DNA of 64,000 bases from Longimicrobiales bacterium (GTDB lineage Bacteria; Gemmatimonadota; Gemmatimonadetes; Longimicrobiales; Gaopeijiaceae): positions 128,001 to 192,000 of the forward strand of contig CBDCNQ010000005.1 of NCBI GenBank assembly GCA_965219445.1, given 5' to 3'. A program made the position numbers and the translations under genes. Positions 59,970-64,000 of the stretch are shown piece by piece; position 1 is the first letter of the stretch; the number at the start of each line of letters is the position of its first letter. The notes under the pieces were generated by a model. The model saw only the letters and a list, made by a program, of their open reading frames with translations. It searched no databases and was not told the DNA's origin.

Positions 59970-61343
59970 CTAGGAGCCGGTGCCGCCAAGCTCTTCGTAA
60001 AGATAGGCGAGCGCCCGGATTCCGAGTTCGATGTTTTCCTTGGGAAACCACTCGTTGGGGGCGTGCATGTTGGCTCCGGGCAGAGAGAAGCCCATCAGGA
60101 GCACAGGTGCGTCGAGAATTCGTTCGAACTCACCGACGATTGGGATGCTCCCCCCCTCACCTGCCAGGACCGGGGCCGACCCGAACGCTTTGAGGAGTGC
60201 GGCGGTCGCGGCTTCTTTGAGGCGGCCGTCGAGCTTCGCGCGCCAGGGCATACCTCCGTGCAGCTCCTCGATCGTCACCGTGACTCCGGGCGGAGTTACC
60301 GAGGCGACGTGCGCTCGGAAGAGCTCGGCCACCCGCTGTGGATTCTGATCGGCAACTAGGCGGAAGCTCACCTTGGCCATGGCCTCGGCGGGCAACACGG
60401 TCTTGGCGCCCTCGCCCGTGTAACCAGAGAGGAGCCCGTTGACCTCGCACGTAGGCCGGATCCAGAGTCGCTCAGGAACGGAGTAGCCGGGCTCACCCCC
60501 CTCTGGTGCGGCGCCCAGGGACTGCGCGAATTCGTCATCATCGAAGGGCAGATCGCGAATCGCGTCTCGGGTCTCCCGGTCCCAGTCGAGCACGTCGTCA
60601 TAGAAGCCGTCGATAGCGATGCGTCCCTGTTCGTCATGCAGGGTTGCGAGCATCCGGCCAAGTGCCATCGCGGGATTGACCACGGGTCCCCCGTAGGCGC
60701 CCGAGTGCAGGTCGCTCGAGGGGCCGATGACGCGGATCTCGAAGTAAGCCAGGCCTCGGAGTGAAAAAAGGAGTGCGGGCAACCCCGGTGCGAACATCCC
60801 CGTGTCGGAAATCACCACCTCGTCACAGGCGAGCCTGTCCCGTTGCGCCTCGACGAACGGGACGAGATTTGGTGAGCCGATCTCCTCCTCACCCTCTGCC
60901 AGGACGATCAGATTGATGGGAAGGGCTCCGCCTTCCTTCAGGTGAGCTTCGGCCGCCTTGATGTGGAGGTAGAGTTGCCCCTTGTCGTCCGCGGAGCCTC
61001 GGGCGTAAAGGCGCCCCTCTCGAAACTCTGGCTCAAAGGGCGGCGAGTCCCAGAGTTCCAGGGGCTCGGCCGGCTGGACGTCATAATGGCCGTATACCAA
61101 GACGGTAGGGGCGCCGGCACCGGCGCCACGCCACTCCCCCAGCACCACCGGATGGCCGGAGGTCTCGAGGACCTGGGCTTCGAGGCCGGCACCCTCCATC
61201 TGATCGCGGAGCCACTCGGCAGCTCGACGCGTGTCGGGATTGTGCTCGGATTTTGCGCTTACGGAAGGAATACGAAGAAATTCCAGGATCTCGTCGGTGA
61301 AGCGACCAAGCTCTTTCCCGATGTAGCCCTGGACGTCATTCAT
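59970..61343 (-). CDS. M20 family dipeptidase
   Basis: YGHYDVQP, RGSADDKG, EGEEEIGS, DLHSG, HAPNE. Confidence 0.93.
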   Translation of the reverse strand: MNDVQGYIGKELGRFTDEILEFLRIPSVSAKSEHNPDTRRAAEWLRDQMEGAGLEAQVLETSGHPVVLGEWRGAGAGAPTVLVYGHYDVQPAEPLELWDSPPFEPEFREGRLYARGSADDKGQLYLHIKAAEAHLKEGGALPINLIVLAEGEEEIGSPNLVPFVEAQRDRLACDEVVISDTGMFAPGLPALLFSLRGLAYFEIRVIGPSSDLHSGAYGGPVVNPAMALGRMLATLHDEQGRIAIDGFYDDVLDWDRETRDAIRDLPFDDDEFAQSLGAAPEGGEPGYSVPERLWIRPTCEVNGLLSGYTGEGAKTVLPAEAMAKVSFRLVADQNPQRVAELFRAHVASVTPPGVTVTIEELHGGMPWRAKLDGRLKEAATAALLKAFGSAPVLAGEGGSIPIVGEFERILDAPVLLMGFSLPGANMHAPNEWFPKENIELGIRALAYLYEELGGTGS

Positions 61344-61348
61344 GTCGC

Positions 61349-61627
61349 TCAGATGAGACCGCGAATTCCCCAGCGGTAAATGAAGCTCATGACGACCGCG
61401 AGCGTGGCCGCGCCGGCCATGCCTCCCGCGCTCAACGCCAACGGGTCATCGAACTCGAAGATGCCCACTCCCAGCATGCCGCCTACGACCGCACCGAAGG
61501 CCCCGATCACGACGAGCACAGGTACGTGCCCCGGTGTCTCCTCCGGCCGCTTGATCACGGTTCTCATCACGAGGGCGATGAAGGCTCCCATTACGATCCA
61601 CACACCGACGCCGATCCAGTTCTCCAT
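61349..61627 (-). CDS. GlsB/YeaQ/YmgE-like small membrane protein
   Basis: Three TM segments, IGAFGAVVGG pattern. Confidence 0.65.
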   Translation of the reverse strand: MENWIGVGVWIVMGAFIALVMRTVIKRPEETPGHVPVLVVIGAFGAVVGGMLGVGIFEFDDPLALSAGGMAGAATLAVVMSFIYRWGIRGLI

Positions 61628-61725
61628 TGATCATCCGTTGAGGTTGTGAAGGAGCGCCACAGCGCCAGCCGTGGTCCTCGAGGCACAGAATCCAAAGGGT
61701 TCGCCGCGGGGGGCGCTACAGGCGT

Positions 61726-62385
61726 CTAGTCCTTCTCTCCCATCGCTCGCTTCAGGGCCTCGAGCCGGGCATCCACGTCGATTTCCTCCGGCTCGGGACG
61801 GCTTTCAAATCGATTTGGTCGGTCGTCCAGCAGATCGTCGATCTCGCTGCTGGCCTTCCGCTGGGCATCGTCGGCCCCGATCTCGTCGCCGATCCGGTCC
61901 AGTTGAGAGAATAGGTCGTCGGCCTCGTCGATGGAGCTGCGGGCGGATGCCCGTCCCGCGGTGGCGGTCAGCGAGTCACGGTTCTTGTCCGCATCCTTGA
62001 TGGCCTCGATCATCTCCCGGAACTCTTCCTCTCGCAGGTCCAGCTCCTCCTTCGACGCGAGGGCCTTATGCTCCAAGACGCTCCGGCGATGTTCGTGCTT
62101 CTCCGCATACTCGCGGGCAACGCGAGCGGTGTCCTCATCCGAGATGTCGAGGGCCATCTTCTCCCGTCGGCGGCACGTCTTTGCTTCGCTTTTCTCTTTC
62201 TCAACCCCTTCAATCGCCGCGCGGATGGCTTCTTCGAGTCGTCGGATCTCGGCCTTCTTATCTGCGGCCTCTCGCCTCATTTCGCGAAGAAGGCGGCTCA
62301 CTGCCTCAGGAACGTCGTCCCGACCCAACTCATCCTTGAAGTTGTCGACGGCTTCCCGGAAAGCCTGGCGTAGGTTGTCGAACAT
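61726..62385 (-). CDS. PspA/IM30-family coiled-coil protein
   Basis: MFDNLRQAF amphipathic start, EDTARVA, C-terminal VDARLEALKRAM. Confidence 0.72.
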   Translation of the reverse strand: MFDNLRQAFREAVDNFKDELGRDDVPEAVSRLLREMRREAADKKAEIRRLEEAIRAAIEGVEKEKSEAKTCRRREKMALDISDEDTARVAREYAEKHEHRRSVLEHKALASKEELDLREEEFREMIEAIKDADKNRDSLTATAGRASARSSIDEADDLFSQLDRIGDEIGADDAQRKASSEIDDLLDDRPNRFESRPEPEEIDVDARLEALKRAMGEKD

Positions 62386-62442
62386 GTTTCGACTTTCCGT
62401 CTTAATGCGGTGATCCAGAGGTGTCTGCGCCACACCACACCA

Positions 62443-63129
62443 CTAATTGAGGAACGGTTCGATCCTCTGGGCGAAAGAATTCCGGGCACGGTGTAGTCTG
62501 CTCTTCACGGTCCCGAGGTTGACGCCGGTGATTTTGGAGATCTCCTCGTAGCTCTTTCCCTCCAGCTCGCGCAGTTGGAACACCAGCCGATGGTGCTCCG
62601 GCAACTCCTGCACCGTGTCTTCCACGAGCCGTTTGAGAAAACGCTTCCGATAAAGATCGTCGGGCCTCATCCGGAAATCTTCGAACTGGAGCGGGCGGTG
62701 GCTCTCGTCCCAACTGTTCGTCAGCCGCTGGAAAAGAACCAGGGGACTCCGTGACCGATTGCGGAGCTCATTCTTGGAGAGATTACTCGCGATCGTGTAC
62801 ACCCATGTCGAAAATTTCTTCGACGTGTCGAACCGGTGGAGGTGCCGGGTCACTCGGATGAAGGCCTCCTGAACCAGGTCCTGTGCCTGGTCCCCATCAC
62901 CCGTCTTGCGAGTAACGAAATGCACGAGCCGGTCGCGATATCGATCGTACAGATCCTCGAACGCACCGCTTCGGCCTTGGAGATGGGCGACGACGAGCTC
63001 CTCGTCACTCAACCTGTCGAGGGTTTCATCTTTCCAATCCCTCCGAACATCGTCGTCCATCTGAGGCCTTCCCATATGCATCCCGACGGGCTCGGGCCGA
63101 TGGTAGGGAGGATCGACCTCACCCGACAA
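62443..63129 (-). CDS. ECF sigma factor (RpoE/SigW-like); start uncertain
   Basis: AFEDLYDRY, AQDLVQEAF, FSTWVYTIA.N, SYEEIS..TGVNLGTVKSRLHRAR. Confidence 0.92.
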   Translation of the reverse strand: MSGEVDPPYHRPEPVGMHMGRPQMDDDVRRDWKDETLDRLSDEELVVAHLQGRSGAFEDLYDRYRDRLVHFVTRKTGDGDQAQDLVQEAFIRVTRHLHRFDTSKKFSTWVYTIASNLSKNELRNRSRSPLVLFQRLTNSWDESHRPLQFEDFRMRPDDLYRKRFLKRLVEDTVQELPEHHRLVFQLRELEGKSYEEISKITGVNLGTVKSRLHRARNSFAQRIEPFLN

Positions 63130-63367
63130 TGATTCTCGTCTTCGATCAGAATATGATCCGTCCCGATCTTACCTTCAAGGGCGGACCGCTTGGAGGCCCG
63201 GAAGTGGACCCTAAGGGCGAACCGAACTTGGGACGTTGTCGCCCGTTGAGGAGCCCCTAGCCAGAGGGTACAGCTCCTGCGTTGCCGGGTGACCAAAGGC
63301 CTGCGAGATTGACAGGGCCCGCCCCGTCGGGGAGGTAACCATCCCCGCACCAACGAGTACAACTTCG

Positions 63368-64000
63368 ATGGTCGATCACCGTATGGAGGAAACGGAAATA
63401 ACGGAATCCAGCGTTGGTAGGCGCCAGCGGGTGTCGGCCTTGGTTGCCCTCACATTTCTCGAGGTCCTCAAGGCGAGCGATCGGCCTTTTGAGGTTTTCG
63501 AGGAGGAAGACACATCGATCACCCTGCCGCGCAGGTTGGGGCTGAGTGATGTTGTGGAGCGCCGGATACAGAACTATCAGGAGGAGACGAAGAAGGGCCA
63601 CAAGATTTCGGATGAGGAATTCGTCGATCTGGTACGGCTCGTGGTACGGAGGCCCGACGCGAGGGCGGTCTTTCTGGAGTGTGGCGCCAGGCTGGCCGGC
63701 AAGCTGCCGCGCCGACCCAAACTTGTGCCACGTAGGCTGGGATTCGCCCTCGCGAGGCGGCGAGTCGCAAAGAGGCTGCGGGCGCTCTTCGGACGCCGTG
63801 TCGGGGGCTTTGCGGAGGGCGACTTCGTTTTGGAGGGTCGTTCACTCTTGTTTATCCAGAGCGACTCCGACGGTAATGCCTGTTCCCTAGTGTCGGGCCT
63901 CTGCTCCGCGATTCTGGGCGGGTCGCTCGAAGACCCACCAACCATCGTCCACATCGCCTGCGAGGCCCGTGGAGACGCGTACTGTCGGTGGGGGATTCAG
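63368..64000 (+). CDS. V4R-domain protein, runs off window end (absent from ORF track)
   Basis: Open frame of 211 codons from ATG 63368 ending ACSLVSG..IVHIACEARGDAYCRW, the V4R Cys/His pattern. Confidence 0.7.
   Translation, partial: MVDHRMEETEITESSVGRRQRVSALVALTFLEVLKASDRPFEVFEEEDTSITLPRRLGLSDVVERRIQNYQEETKKGHKISDEEFVDLVRLVVRRPDARAVFLECGARLAGKLPRRPKLVPRRLGFALARRRVAKRLRALFGRRVGGFAEGDFVLEGRSLLFIQSDSDGNACSLVSGLCSAILGGSLEDPPTIVHIACEARGDAYCRWGIQ

Overview
GC-rich bacterial chromosomal segment, probably Gemmatimonadota-like (inference from gene repertoire, not verified). It holds about 50 CDS, and I saw no rRNA, tRNA, CRISPR array, transposase or integrase. Core genes include polA, a tail-less ssb, cspA, maeB-pckA, ppdK, rsgA, trpE, asnB, a BtuFCD/FecBCD-type ABC importer, two short sigma-70 paralogues, an ECF sigma-pspA operon and many secreted enzymes or lipoproteins. 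The stretch at about 24.8-36.2 kb shows decay: four broken genes and a 62-bp direct repeat bracketing a 2.2-kb two-gene unit. Best candidates for undescribed biology: (1) an intact operon of a membrane protein plus SbcD/Mre11-like and SbcC/Rad50-like genes in which the nuclease and ATPase catalytic motifs are degenerate but the zinc hook is kept; (2) a lipoprotein fusing cytochrome c to a PHM/DBH-type copper monooxygenase; (3) a translationally coupled cytoplasmic Asp-box beta-propeller plus a ubiquitin-like Gly-Gly protein; (4) a shared 20-bp upstream motif before both sigma-70 paralogues. All calls come from motif reading by eye; no database searches were run.
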